Shown: piece by piece, positions 21,152-32,727 of the stretch
How positions within the stretch are numbered: position 1 is the first letter of the stretch
How the letters are laid out: each line of letters starts with the position of its first letter
NCBI GenBank assembly: GCA_963816395.1
Contig: CAWFKQ010000003.1
Location: 18,714-82,713 of the forward strand
Source of the DNA: an uncultured delta proteobacterium
GTDB taxonomy: Bacteria; Desulfobacterota; Desulfuromonadia; Desulfuromonadales; JACZKF01
Direction: 5' to 3'
DNA length: 64,000 nt
Notes under the pieces: generated by a model
The model's input: the letters and a program-made list of their open reading frames with translations, nothing else
Databases searched by the model: none
What the model was told of the DNA's origin: nothing
Made by a program: the position numbers and the translations under genes

Positions 21152-22423
21152 TCAGGCCTTTTCCTCTTCCAGGCGGAAGCGCTTGATGCGGTCGAAGAGT
21201 TCCTTGGCCAGCGTGGAGAGCGCCTGGGCGGATTGGGCCAGTTCTTCCATGCCGGCGGACTGCTCCTGGGTGGAGGCGGAGACCTCCTCGGTGGCGGCGG
21301 CATTGTCGGTCACCACCCGGGAGATCTCGTCGATGGCCGTCACCATGCTGGCGGCCCCCTTGGTCTGGCTCTGCGACAGCTCGGCGATACTGATCGCCTT
21401 GCCCTGGGTGTCGAGAGCGGTCTTGATGATCTCGCCGAAGGCGTTGCCGGTCGAATCGATGGCGCTGCGCCCGGCGTTGATTTCCTCGATGGTCTCCTGC
21501 ATGGAGCCCTGGACCTTCTGGCTTTCCTCCCGGATCTTTTCGATCAGGACGGTGATCTCCCCCGCCGACTGGCCGGTGGAGTCGGCGAGTTTGCTGATTT
21601 CCTCGGCGACCACGGCGAAACCACGGCCGTACTCCCCGGCGCGCGCCGCCTCGATGGTGGCGTTGAGCGCCAGCAGGTTGGTTTTCTGGGCGATGCCGGT
21701 GATCACCTCGACGATCTTGCCGATCTTCTGCACCTGGCTATTGAAGGAGCGCAGCCTGTCGCCGCCGGTTTCCACGTCGTCGAGCACCTGCTTCATCCTT
21801 TTCAGGGTGCTGCGGGCCGTTTCCCCGCCGCTCTGGGCGGTGAGGACGGTGTCATTGGCGGAGGCGGCCACCTTCTTCGCCGAATCGGCGATCAGGTCGA
21901 TGGAAAAGGCGATCTCCCGGATCAGGCGGGAGGATTTTTCCACCATTTCGGCCTGGGTTTCCGCCCCCCGGCTGATCTGCTCGATGGAATTGGAGATTTC
22001 GTGGGCGGCGGTGGTCGTCTGCTGCGAGGTGATGGACACCCCCTGGGCGGCCTCGGCCACCTTCAGGGAGGAGTCGCGGATATAGCCGACCAGTTCCCGC
22101 AGACTGGCGACCACTCGGTTCAGCGACTCGGCCAGATCCACCGTCTCGTCGGGGAGGTAGGTTCGGCCCAGTTCGACATTCCGGGACAGGTCGCCGCCGC
22201 TGAGGCGCTCGGCGGCGTCGGTGAGGACCCGGATGTTGGCGGAGAAGGCGCGGGAGAAGATCAGGCCCAGCACGGAACCGACCAGAAGAGCGCAGAAGAC
22301 CATGAACGTCTGCCGCCACTCCACATCGATGCCGAGGTAGGGGATCAACAGGTTCACCAGGACAATGGAAGCGATGACGGCGATGAACCCCATGATGAAT
22401 TTGTAGCTGATACTGATGCGCAT
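21152..22423 (-). CDS. Methyl-accepting chemotaxis protein with two adjacent TM helices and no periplasmic domain (DifA-like)
   Basis: TM-short loop-[36 protein letters not shown]. Confidence 0.93.
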   Translation of the reverse strand: MRISISYKFIMGFIAVIASIVLVNLLIPYLGIDVEWRQTFMVFCALLVGSVLGLIFSRAFSANIRVLTDAAERLSGGDLSRNVELGRTYLPDETVDLAESLNRVVASLRELVGYIRDSSLKVAEAAQGVSITSQQTTTAAHEISNSIEQISRGAETQAEMVEKSSRLIREIAFSIDLIADSAKKVAASANDTVLTAQSGGETARSTLKRMKQVLDDVETGGDRLRSFNSQVQKIGKIVEVITGIAQKTNLLALNATIEAARAGEYGRGFAVVAEEISKLADSTGQSAGEITVLIEKIREESQKVQGSMQETIEEINAGRSAIDSTGNAFGEIIKTALDTQGKAISIAELSQSQTKGAASMVTAIDEISRVVTDNAAATEEVSASTQEQSAGMEELAQSAQALSTLAKELFDRIKRFRLEEEKA

Positions 22424-22461
22424 AATCCGCTCCTAAGGCCGAAAACAGGATGCAAAAACGA

Positions 22462-23343
22462 TCATGGAAAAAAACTTCCCGCCGCCGAACGGTCGACCCG
22501 CCGGTAGATCCGTTCCCCGGCGTTTTCGCTCTGGAATAGCCGGCGGGCCTCCCCCACCAGCGTCTCCGCTTTCCCCAGCACGAGCATCCCCCGGGGGCGC
22601 AGAGCGGCGGCGAAGCGGCAGAGAATGTTCTCCTGCTCGATGCGGGAAAAATAGATCATGACGTTGCGGCAGAGGATGAGATCCGCCGCCGGGTAAGGTG
22701 TCGGCGAGAGGATGTCCTGCTGGCGAAAGCGCACCCGCTGGCGGATCTTCGCGTCGAGCCGCCAGCCCCCCGGTTCGGCGATGAAATAGCGGCTGATGGT
22801 TTCTTCGGGCACCTCCGCCAGCCGCGCCCGGTCGAACAGCCCCTCGCGCGCCCGCGCCAGCACTTCGCCGCTGATATCGGTTCCCAGGATCGCCGCCCGC
22901 GATCCGCCGGGCAGTTCCTCCAGCAGCAGGGCCAGGGAATAGGGCTCTTCCCCGCCGGCGCAGCCGACGCTCCAGATCCGCAGTCCAGAATTACCGGTGG
23001 TATCGGCCCGGCGGATCAGCTCCGGCAGCACTTGCCCCTCGAGGACGGCGAAGGTCGAGGGATTGCGGAAGAACTGGGAGACGTGAATGGATAGGGTGGC
23101 CAGCAGGGCATCTATTTCCGCCGGCTCCCGCTCCAGCACCTGCAGGTAGGAACGGATGTCATGCAGCCCCAGCGCGCGGACCCGTTTGGCGATGCGGCGC
23201 TTGATGCACGGGTCCTTGTACATGCCGAGATCGAATCGGCGGCGCTGCAGCAGCAGCTCACGCAACTCCGTGAAGGCCTCGGAGGGAAAATCGCTCCCGA
23301 CGAAAGGGGCGGATGAGAAACTCCACTCCACGGTCAACGGCAT
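22462..23343 (-). CDS. cheR: Chemotaxis methyltransferase
   Basis: SQFFRN, RIWSVGCAGGEEPYS, GTDIS, ILCRNVMIYF. Confidence 0.93.
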   Translation of the reverse strand: MPLTVEWSFSSAPFVGSDFPSEAFTELRELLLQRRRFDLGMYKDPCIKRRIAKRVRALGLHDIRSYLQVLEREPAEIDALLATLSIHVSQFFRNPSTFAVLEGQVLPELIRRADTTGNSGLRIWSVGCAGGEEPYSLALLLEELPGGSRAAILGTDISGEVLARAREGLFDRARLAEVPEETISRYFIAEPGGWRLDAKIRQRVRFRQQDILSPTPYPAADLILCRNVMIYFSRIEQENILCRFAAALRPRGMLVLGKAETLVGEARRLFQSENAGERIYRRVDRSAAGSFFP

Positions 23344-23358
23344 TCTCCACTGGGTGAT

Positions 23359-24343
23359 TCACCCGGCAAAATGATCGAAACCGCCCCGCCCCGGCTGCCG
23401 GAGCTGTCCTTGAGAATCGATGAGGAACAGGCCGGGCTCGGCGGTCACGATCCCCACCCGGGTCAGCGGCAGGTCGGCAGTCGCCAGGTGCTCCACCTCC
23501 CCCGCTCGCGCCGCCGGCACGGTAAAGAGCAGCTCATAATCCTCGCCGCCGGAGAGGGCCAGGGCCGCCGCCTCCGGCTCCGCGTCCAGGGCGGCCCGGA
23601 AGGGCTCCGACAGGGGCAGAGCGGCCTCCTCCAGGCGGGCGCCGACGGCGGCGGCCGTCAGCAGGTGGCCCAGATCGGCCAGCAGGCCATCCGAAAGATC
23701 GATCATCGCCGTCGGCAGCCGCGCCGCCGCCAGGGCCCGTCCCAGCGTGGTGCGGGCCGCGGGATCATGGTGGCGGCGCGCCAGGTACGGGTGCGGCGTC
23801 GCACCGGCAACCAGCCGGCGCAAAGCCAGGGCACTGTCCCCCAGCGTCCCCGAGACGTAGATGGCATCCCCGGGACGGGCGCCGTCGCGCGACACCACTT
23901 CCTCGGCCGGCACGGAGCCCTCCGCCGTCACCGAGATCAGCAGCGGTCCAGGGGAGCGGCAGGTATCGCCGCCGGCCAGCACCGCCCCATATTCCCCGGC
24001 GGCTTCCAGGAAGCCGGCCAGAAACTGGTCGAGTTCGGCCAGGGCAATCTCCCCCGGCAGACCGAGGGCGAGGTAGAGAAACCGCGGGATCCCCCCCATG
24101 GCGGCGATATCGCTGACGTTCACCGCCACGCTCTTGCGCCCCAACAGGCGCCAGTCGGTCCATGGCCGGCGGAAGTGAATCTCCTCGATCAGCAGATCGG
24201 TGGTGGTCAGCAGCAGCTCTCCCGGCGGGAGTTCCACCACGGCGCAGTCGTCGCCGATCCCCCGGCGCAGTCCGGAGGCGGTGCCGAACGGCGCTGCGGA
24301 TTCGCTCGATGAAACCGAATTCCCCGATTTCCGCAAGCTTCAT
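23359..24343 (-). CDS. thiL: Thiamine-monophosphate kinase (frameshift near 5' end)
   Basis: GEFGFI, GIGDDCA, NVSDIAAMG, GGDT, IDLSDGL, GGEDYELLF. Confidence 0.93.
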
Positions 24344-26688
24344 GCCTTTGGCTTGAGGGCGGCGGCCAGCACCTCCTCCATCGAGCGGGCGAGAACGAAG
24401 CGGATCTTGCGCCGCAGGTGACGGGGAATTTCCTCCAGGTCCTTTTCATTGCGGTGAGGAATGATGATGGTGTGGATATTGGCTCGCACCGCCGCCAGCG
24501 CTTTTTCCTTGAGCCCGCCGATCGGCAGCACCTTGCCGCGCAGAGTGATCTCGCCGGTCATTGCCACATCCTTGCTCACCGGCCGGCCGGCGAGGGCGGA
24601 AATGAGGGCGGTGGCCATGGTCACCCCGGCGCTCGGCCCATCCTTGGGGATGGCGCCGGCCGGGACATGGATGTGGATGGCCAGCCGTTCGAAGATTTCT
24701 GGATCGATAGCCAGCTCCGGAGCATGCGCCCGGGCGTAGGAAAGGGCGGCCTGGGCGCTTTCCTTCATCACTTCTCCCAGGTGACCGGTGAGGGTGAGTT
24801 CTCCCTTCCCCTTCATGGTCGTCGCTTCCACGTAGAGGATTTCCCCGCCCACCTCCGTCCAGGCCAGGCCGGTGGCGACCCCCACCTCGTCTTCCCGGCG
24901 CTCTTCTTCGGGGAGGAAGGTGGGCGGACCGAGATAACGGCGCACCGCCGCATCGGAGACCAGCACCGGCTGTTTTTTCCCTTCGGCGAAGCGGCGGGCG
25001 ACCTTGCGGCAGATGCTGCCCAGCTCCCGTTCCAGGTTGCGCAGGCCGGCCTCGGCGGTGTATTCGGTGATCAGCTTGAGAATCGCCGCTTCCGAGAAGC
25101 GCACCTCCTCGGCCGCCAGCCCGTTTTTCTCCAGTTGCCGCGGGATCAGGTACTGGCGGGCGATGGAGAGCTTCTCCTCGGCGGTGTAGCCGGAGAGGCG
25201 GATGACCTCCAGCCGGTCCTTGAGGGCCGAGGGGACCGGGTCCATGATGTTGGCGGTGGCGATGAACAGCACCTTCGACAGGTCGAAGGGAAGGTTGATG
25301 TAATGGTCGGAGAAGGCGTGGTTCTGCTCCGGGTCGAGCAGCTCCAGCAGGGCCGCCGACGGGTCGCCGCGGAAATCGGCGCCGATCTTGTCCAGTTCGT
25401 CGAGCATGAAGACCGGGTTCTGCGTGCCCGCCTGCTTCATCCCCTGGATGATCCGCCCCGGCAGGGCGCCGACATAGGTGCGCCGGTGGCCGCGGATCTC
25501 CGCCTCATCCCGCACCCCGCCGAGAGAGATGCGCACGAACTTGCGCCCCAGGGCGCGGGCGATCGAGCGCCCCAGGCTGGTCTTGCCTACTCCCGGCGGC
25601 CCGACGAAGCAGAGCACCGGCCCGCGCATATCCTTCTTGAGCTTGCGCACGGCGAGGAATTCGAGGATCCGTTCCTTGATCTTCTCCAGGTTGTAATGGT
25701 CCTCATCGAGAACCTTGCGCGCCTTCTTCAGGTCGAGATTGTCCCGGGTGGTGCGGCTCCAGGGGAGGTCCACCAGCCAGTCGAGGTAGGTGCGCAGCAT
25801 GGAGTACTCGGCCGCTTCCGGGTGCATGCTCTCCAGGCGGCGCAGCTGTTTTTCCGCTTCCGCCCGCGGCTCCTCCGGCAGGCGGGCCTTGGTCAGCTTC
25901 TCCCGCAGCTCGGCCACGTCCTCGGCCCGGGCGTCGGTCTCCCCCAGTTCGGACTGGATGGCCCGCAACTGCTCGCGCAGGAAATATTCCCGCTGGCTCT
26001 TCCCCATCTCCTCCTTGGCCTGGGTCTGGATGCGGTTCTGCACCGCCACCAGCTCCAGTTCCTTGGCCAGCAGGTTCTTTACCCGCTGCAGGCGTTCCAG
26101 AGGGTCGATGATCTCGATCAGCGTCTGCGCCTCGGCGGCCTTGAGGCCGATGTTGCTGGCGATCAGGTCGGCCAGGCTCCCGGGGTCCTCGACGTTTTCC
26201 ACGACCACCATGACTTCGGCCGGCAGGGCCTTGCCCATGGTGAGCAGCTGGGTGAGCTGGGCCCGCACGGTACGCATCAGGGCCTCGATCTCGATGGTGA
26301 TCTCGGCCACCCGCGGTTCCTGGATGCGTTCCACGCGCACGGTGAAATAGGGGTCCTCGTTGACGAACTCCTGCAGCCGCCCCTTGGCCAGCCCCTGCAC
26401 CAGGATTTTCACCCGGCCGTCGGGCAGCTTGAGCATGCGCATGATCATCGCCACCGTGCCCATGGCGTAGATGTCTTTCGGCTCGGGATCCTCCTCCGCC
26501 ATCTCCTTCTGGGTGGCGAGAAAGATCAGCCGGTCGCGGGCCAGGGCCGCGTCGACGGCGGCACTCGACTTCTCCCGGCCGACGAACAGGGGGAGGATCA
26601 TGTAGGGGAAGATGACCACGTCGCGGACGGGCAGCAGGGGGAGAACCTCAGGGATATGCAGATCTTTGCGTTCGTTCGGTCCGTCCAA
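24340..26688 (-). CDS. lon: ATP-dependent Lon protease
   Basis: [45 protein letters not shown] start at 26688 after GGAGG. Confidence 0.96.
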   Translation of the reverse strand: MDGPNERKDLHIPEVLPLLPVRDVVIFPYMILPLFVGREKSSAAVDAALARDRLIFLATQKEMAEEDPEPKDIYAMGTVAMIMRMLKLPDGRVKILVQGLAKGRLQEFVNEDPYFTVRVERIQEPRVAEITIEIEALMRTVRAQLTQLLTMGKALPAEVMVVVENVEDPGSLADLIASNIGLKAAEAQTLIEIIDPLERLQRVKNLLAKELELVAVQNRIQTQAKEEMGKSQREYFLREQLRAIQSELGETDARAEDVAELREKLTKARLPEEPRAEAEKQLRRLESMHPEAAEYSMLRTYLDWLVDLPWSRTTRDNLDLKKARKVLDEDHYNLEKIKERILEFLAVRKLKKDMRGPVLCFVGPPGVGKTSLGRSIARALGRKFVRISLGGVRDEAEIRGHRRTYVGALPGRIIQGMKQAGTQNPVFMLDELDKIGADFRGDPSAALLELLDPEQNHAFSDHYINLPFDLSKVLFIATANIMDPVPSALKDRLEVIRLSGYTAEEKLSIARQYLIPRQLEKNGLAAEEVRFSEAAILKLITEYTAEAGLRNLERELGSICRKVARRFAEGKKQPVLVSDAAVRRYLGPPTFLPEEERREDEVGVATGLAWTEVGGEILYVEATTMKGKGELTLTGHLGEVMKESAQAALSYARAHAPELAIDPEIFERLAIHIHVPAGAIPKDGPSAGVTMATALISALAGRPVSKDVAMTGEITLRGKVLPIGGLKEKALAAVRANIHTIIIPHRNEKDLEEIPRHLRRKIRFVLARSMEEVLAAALKPKA

Positions 26689-26817
26689 AGGGCCTCCAGG
26701 GAGAAGGTGCCGGCCAGCAGGCCGCCGGGCACCGCAGGGGAATGCCGGGCGGCGCAGGCCGCCCGATTCTGCAACCATACAAAAACCGCCCGGCATTGTC
26801 CAGAAAGTTGCTGGGGG

Positions 26818-27583
26818 TCAGCGCAGATGAAAGCTCCGGCGGCATTCCTCGAAACCGGGAACGCCGGGGGCGAAGGTGCGTTCGGTAAAAAGCACCCGGC
26901 GGTCGCCGCCGACCAGCAGGAGGGTCGAAGAGCGGGTTCCGTACTCCGGAGAGGCGATGAAGCGGGCGGCCAGCAGGCGCTCCATGGCCAGGCCGACGCC
27001 GGTATCGGGGAGGAGATGATCGGCCGGCCGGGAGGTGTCGGCTAGCAGGGTGAAGAGGGCTTGCGGATCGGGGTCGGGGTCGGCGAGGGCCGCCGCCAGG
27101 GCCGCCTTGCCGGTGGTCACCTTGGGCCAGGGGGAATCGAGCAGGTGATTGCTCAGCCCATAGAGCCCCGGCGGCAGCTGGCGCATCTGCCGGGTCCGAC
27201 TGGCGTAATACCAGAGCTGGCTGCCGTCGCCGACCAGCAGGTTGAAGCCGGCATAGACACCGGCGCCCCGGTCCAGCCATGCGCAGCCAGGTTTCGGGAG
27301 GGCACTGCCCGAGGAGGAAATCGCGCACCAGGGCGCCGCGGGACGGGGCGCCAGGGCGCCGTTCGGCCGGGTCGCGGTAGTTGGTCACCGCCGCCACCCG
27401 GCCCTGGCGGGTGATGCCCAGCCAGGTGCCGCCGCCGACCAGGTCGCGGCCGGCGAGCAGGTCCGGCGCATCGGGCCAGAAGGCGGCCGGCGCTGTGGGC
27501 CGGGCGTAGAATTCGTCGCGGTTGGCCGCCAGCACCAGGGGGTAGTCAGGGCGCTGGCGCCAGGACCAGAGAATGAGGCACAT
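26818..27583 (-). CDS. NRDE/TANGO2 family protein (frameshifted)
   Basis: MCLI, ANRDEF, GGTWLG, SRG.LV, GLSN..LD.PWPK, YGTRSST. Confidence 0.9.
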
Positions 27584-27601
27584 GGCCCCATTCTACAGTA
27601 A

Positions 27602-27625
27602 GTAGTGAGGTAGTGAGGTAGTAAA
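27602..27625. repeat. Octamer array (copy 2, reverse orientation)
   Basis: gtagtgag gtagtgag gtagtaaa. Confidence 0.7.
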
Positions 27626-27629
27626 GCTT

Positions 27630-27836
27630 CTATTTCCCCTGCCGGCACCCCGATCGGACCCTCAGCATCAAGGGCACCGTGGATGCCGCTCCTGCCAGCA
27701 GGAGCGCCCAGCCGGTGGCTCTTTTCCGCTCCTTTCCCAGGCGGTCCGCCAGCAGCAGGCCGAGCCCCGCCCCCAGCATCACCCGGGTCGCCGCCACGGC
27801 GGCGATAACCGGCATCTTTACCGTCGTCTCACGCAT
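27630..27836 (-). CDS. Small two-TM membrane protein
   Basis: GGAGG RBS; TRVMLGAGLGLLLA...GWALLLAGAASTVP hydrophobic pattern. Confidence 0.7.
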   Translation of the reverse strand: MRETTVKMPVIAAVAATRVMLGAGLGLLLADRLGKERKRATGWALLLAGAASTVPLMLRVRSGCRQGK

Positions 27837-27884
27837 CTTCCAGCCTCCTTTGGTGTTGATCGATCACAATTATAGCCTGCCGAT

Positions 27885-28604
27885 TCATCCCAGGACATCC
27901 TTTCATCATGTCGGCCAGGTCGTGCAAGGCCTGCCGGCCGTTGCCGGCGAAGGACGAGCCATGCATGACGGCCAGGAGACTGGGTTCCAGGCCAGCCAGA
28001 AAGCGCAGGGTGCTTTCGGTGCGACGGGTATAGGGAAACGCATGGGCCAGCGGGCCTGCCTCGTAATCGAGAAGGCTCTGCCGGGCCCGGCTCGAGGATC
28101 TCCACGCCGTTTATCGGTTCAACATTGCCGTTCTGCAGCAGCAGGTCGGAGCAAAACAAGGTCCGGCCGCGTCTCTTCGAACAGCAGGCCGGCATCCCAG
28201 CCGTGGGGGACCTGCGGGGTTTCCAGATAGCGGAAGCGATAGCGGCCGGTGACCAGGGGGTGACCGGCTTCCGGCACCTGCGCCCGGCGGTCGGCTATAT
28301 CGTTGATGCTCACCTTGGCGGCGATGAAGCCGCATAGCGGTTGTGCCCGCGGCGCCAGGGCCAGCCACTCGTTGAGCGAGCCGCATTCGTCGGCCTCATA
28401 GTGGCTGAAGCTGATCCAGCGGAGGGAGGATGGCTCCAGGATCTTCTTGACCGCCTTGCGCACCTGGGGGAACAAGGTCCGCAGGCCGGTGTGGAAGAGC
28501 AGCGGTTCTTCATCCCGGACCAGGAATTGGTTGAACTGCAGGTCGGCCTCCGCGAGATAGGTGGAGAGGCGGAAGATGTCGGGGGCGATTTCGTCGATTT
28601 TCAC
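27885..28604 (-). CDS. Metallo-beta-lactamase-fold protein (flavodiiron N-domain-like); frameshifted
   Basis: [39 protein letters not shown]. Confidence 0.82.
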
Positions 28605-28679
28605 GGACCCCGGTCTTCAAGTAATACCGGCTGACCCGTGAGAGTCAAAACGGGGACAGCACTGTCCCGATCTCACTAC

Positions 28680-29477
28680 TCACTGACCTCCATGGTCTCC
28701 AGGCCGGCGGTTGTAGTATTCAGCCGCCAGGGCGGTCAACCGGCGCGGCGCCAGGCGGGTCAGGAAGACCGCCACCTTGTTGGCGGCGCCGGGGATGACC
28801 AGAGCCTGGCCCCGCATCAGGCCGGCATAGCCGGCCGCGGCCACCGCCGCCGGCTCCATGAGAAAAGGATTTCTGGTCAGGCGGATGTCGTCCATGCCGG
28901 CCCGGCGGAAAAAATCGGTGCGAGTGCCGCCCGGGCAGAGAGCGGTGACGGTCACCCCCGCCGGGCGCAGTTCCCGGTGCAGCCCCTCGGAGAGGGAGAG
29001 CAGGTAGGCCTTGGAAGCGTAATAGGTGCTCATCAGCGGTCCGGGCTGAAAGGCGGCGGTGGAGGCGACGTTGAGAATGCGGCCGCGGCGGCGGGCGGCC
29101 ATGTCCCGGCCGAAGAGATGACAGAGAAGGGTGGGCGCCACGACATTGACGCCGAGCAGGGTGTGCTGGGCGTCAAGGTCGGCATCGACAAAGGGGCCAT
29201 GCAGTCCGATGCCGGCATTGTTGGCCAGGACATCGATGGCAAGCCCCAGGGCGGCCACCGCAGCGTGCAGTTCGCCCGCCGCCTCCGGTTCTGCCAGATC
29301 GTGCGGCAGTACCCAGCTGCGGATGCCATGCCGGTTCTGCACTTCGTCGGCAACGGCCGCCAGCCGTTCGCGATTGCGGGCGACCAGGACCAGGTCGTAG
29401 CCGGCGGCGGCAAACAGCCGGCTCAGTTCCCGCCCGATGCCGCTCGAAGCGCCGGTGACGAGGGCCGTTCTTCCCAT
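28680..29477 (-). CDS. Short-chain dehydrogenase/reductase
   Basis: TGASSGIG, NNAG, YYASK, LCPG. Confidence 0.92.
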   Translation of the reverse strand: MGRTALVTGASSGIGRELSRLFAAAGYDLVLVARNRERLAAVADEVQNRHGIRSWVLPHDLAEPEAAGELHAAVAALGLAIDVLANNAGIGLHGPFVDADLDAQHTLLGVNVVAPTLLCHLFGRDMAARRRGRILNVASTAAFQPGPLMSTYYASKAYLLSLSEGLHRELRPAGVTVTALCPGGTRTDFFRRAGMDDIRLTRNPFLMEPAAVAAAGYAGLMRGQALVIPGAANKVAVFLTRLAPRRLTALAAEYYNRRPGDHGGQ

Positions 29478-29600
29478 CCCATCCTCTCTCTCCACAGGCG
29501 GATTGTAGCAGGGATTTCCCTGTCGGCCAGCAGGGTATTGACTTAGTGAATTAAAATGCGTTATTTTTAGACGGTTCATAAGGGGAGGGAAGGAGAAGCC

Positions 29601-29813
29601 ATGGCAGACCGAAGCAGTTTTAACCTGGCCGTGGGCCTGGCGCTGGTGGTTGCCGGCGGCCTGCTGATCTGGTGGGGATACGATGAGGCACAATCGGTGG
29701 GTAACCAGCTGGCCCGCGCCATCTCCGGTGCCCATTCGAACCAGGTGATGTGGAAATACATCGGGGGCGCCGTTTGCGCGGTAATTGGCCTGGTCCTGGT
29801 GGTCCGGAAGTAA
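29601..29813 (+). CDS. Small membrane protein (DUF3185-like)
   Basis: Strong RBS; GLALVVAG..L..WGY..AQS.G.Q..R...G pattern with two TM helices. Confidence 0.75.
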   Translation: MADRSSFNLAVGLALVVAGGLLIWWGYDEAQSVGNQLARAISGAHSNQVMWKYIGGAVCAVIGLVLVVRK

Positions 29814-29922
29814 GGCCAGCCGGTGAGCTATTGCCGGAAACCCCTGCCATAGCCGTCAGCACGGAGTTAGCGTGCGGCGGCTTTTTGCGTAACTGGTCGG
29901 CTATCTTGCACCGGGGGGACCG

Positions 29923-32117
29923 ATGGATTATTCCTTCGCCGAGCTTTTTGATCTCGCTGCCGTCGAAGCCCTGATGCAGCGCCTCGGGCAGGAGACGGGG
30001 TGGCCGGTGGGAATTCTCGGCCGGGACGGACGGGTCCTGGCGGGACAGGGGCTGGCAGGAGGTCTGCACCCGCTATCCACCGGCGGCACCCGGAAGAGAG
30101 CCTGCACTGCCGGGAATGCGCCGGGCCTCTGCGGCAGAAACTGGAGGAAGAAGGGCGGCTGCCGGAGAGGGAATATGCCGCCTGCCGGTGTCCGCACGGG
30201 TTGATTCGCCCTCGCCGCGCCAATCGTCATCGAAGGCTATCCGCTGGCTACGCTCTCGCTCGGCCAGTTCCTCCGCGCAACCTCCGGACGAGGCGCATTT
30301 GCGGGAACAGGCCGACCGCTTCGGTTTGCCCGCGGAAGAATATCTCAAGGCCTGGCGTCAGGTCCCCGTTTTCGATCCGGAAAAGGTTCGCCAGGCGCGC
30401 TCTTTTCACCGCTGCTGCATTCACCTCCTGGCGCAGATGGGGGAAGACCGGCTGGGCCGGCGGAAGATCGAGAAGGAGCTGGAGGAACGGGAGCAGCGGC
30501 TGCGGCGGCAGAATGCGGAACTGTTGCGCCTGGGGAAGCTGCGGGGGATTTCCTTCGGTCAGTTCGCTGCCGTCGCCCGGGAAATACTCGAGGCGACCGC
30601 CCGGGTGCTGGAGGTGGAACGGGTGAGCCTCTGGCTCTACAATCGGGAACGGACGCGACTGCGCTGTTTCGATCAGTTCGAGTGCAGCCGCCGCCGGCAC
30701 AGCCGCGGCGAGGAACTGCAGACCGGGTGGTATCCCCACTATTTCACCTTAATCGGGAAGGGATCGAACCTCGTCGTCGATGACGTAAGCCGCGATCCCC
30801 GCACCCGGGAGTTATGGGAGACCTATCTGCAGCCGGCCGGCATTTCCTCCATGCTCGATACCCCCGTCTGGAGCGGCGGACGGATGGTCGGCATCCTCTG
30901 CTGCGAGCACATCGGGGCGCCGCGCCGCTGGAGCTACGACGAGCAGAATTTCGCCGGCTCCGCAGCCGATTTCCTGTCCCTGACCCGGGAGGAGCGCGAT
31001 TGCCGGTGGGCGGAAGCCGGTCTGCGGGAATCGGAGGAGAAATATCGCCTTCTCTTCTCCTCGGAATCGGACGCCATACTGATCTGTGATGTGGAAAGCC
31101 GCCGCATTCTGGAGGTGAATCCGGCGGCGACCCTGCTTTATGGCTACAGCCGCGAGGAATTCTCGAAGCTGGGCATCGACGACATCAGCGCCGAGCCGGC
31201 GCTGTCGCACGCCCGCATCGACCAGATGCTGTCCGGTGGTCACCTGTCCCGCGTGCCCCTCAGCCATCACCGCCGCCGCGACGGCTTGGTTTTCCCCGTG
31301 GAGATTTCCTCCGGCGCCTTTGTCTGGAAGGGGCGGCGGCGGTTCGCCGCCATCGTTCGGGACATCACCGAACGGGAGAAAGCCGCCGAGATGAAGGAGG
31401 AAGTTCTGTCGGTGGTCAGTCACGAGATGCGTACGCCGCTGACCGCCATGATCGGCTTTACCGAGTTCCTGCTCGAGAACGAGGTGGGTGAGGCGCAGCG
31501 CAGCGAATACCTCCAGATCATCCATCGGGAGGGGGAGCGGCTGCAGGACCTGACCGATAACCTGCTCGATCTGCAGCGCCTGCGGGCGGGGGTGGATGCC
31601 GGGAATTACCAGCCGGTGGGGGTGTTCCCCCTTCTCCTCTCCGCCGCCCGACTGTTTTCCAAGGCCAGCGCCAGCCACAACATCGTGCTGGATTGCCCGG
31701 AGAACCTCCCCCCCGCCTGGGGAGACGAGAAGCAGCTGTACCGCTCCCTGCAGAACCTGCTGTCCAATGCCATCAAGTATTCCCCCGAGGGTGGGGAGAT
31801 CATCCTCGGCGCCCGGCGGGCCGGAGACTTCGCCGTCATCTGGGTCCGCGACCGGGGGATCGGCATTCCCCCAAACGCTCACGACCTCATCTTCGAACGT
31901 TTCTCCCGGGGCAGCTCCTCGGCGGTGAAGACGGATCAGCGGCACAGGTCTGGGGCTGGCGCTGGTGCGGGCGATAGCCGAGACCCATCGCGGCCGGGTC
32001 TGGGTGAGGAGCGCCCCTGGCGAGGGGAGCACTTTCTACCTGGCTATCCCTCTGCAGCGGAACGGCAAGCCGAACAGCGGGGGAATGGACCCTGGCCGGC
32101 AGCATGGGGAAGTTTGA
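29923..32117 (+). CDS. PocR-GAF-PAS sensor histidine kinase (frameshifted)
   Basis: PocR-type C...R / CPHGL, GAF (RVSLW, SMLD.P, CCEH), PAS, SHEMRTPL, NLLSNAIKYS, DRGIGI. Confidence 0.85.
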
Positions 32118-32141
32118 GGCGCAGAAGCGGAAGAGGGCGGA

Positions 32142-32727
32142 TCAAAGGGCGCGCAGGTTTTTCAATTGACGGTCGGTGGTCTCGACAGCGCGGCGGGCTG
32201 CCGAATCCCCAGGCTCGATGGCGAGCACCTTCTGCCAGCAGGCGAGGGCTTCCTCCAGGCGTCCCGCCCGGTAGTGGATCAGTCCCTGCTGCATCAGACG
32301 ATCGGCGCACTGGCGGAGATCGTCCCGCACCGCCGCCTGCTCCTGGCTGATCTTGCCGGCGATAGCCGGGTCTTTCGGCCAGGCGCTGAGGGCCCGCTGC
32401 AGCAGACGGCCCGCCTCCTCGAAACGCTTCTCCTGGCGGAGGCGTCGGGCGCTGTCGAGAAGGCCGTTGAGGGCCTCCGGATACTCGTTGGCGAACCATT
32501 TCTCCGGCCGGCCGGCGCGAATTTCCCGGTCGATCCGCTCAAGGGCCGCCTGGTGCCGACCGGCGGCCAGGTCGGCCTTTACCTTTTCCCGAACGAAAGC
32601 CGCGGCCGGTGCCTGGGACGATGCCGCGGCTGGCGCGGCGGCAGGTATCTGCCTGGCAGTGGGAGGGGAGCAGGCGGCACAGCCAGGCCGCAGCCAGCAG
32701 CAGGAGCGGCAGTCGCAGCGCTCTCAC
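32142..32727 (-). CDS. TPR-containing putative lipoprotein (frameshifted)
   Basis: Signal-like start; LM.QGL.HYRAGRLEEAL.CWQKVL.IEP TPR. Confidence 0.6.
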
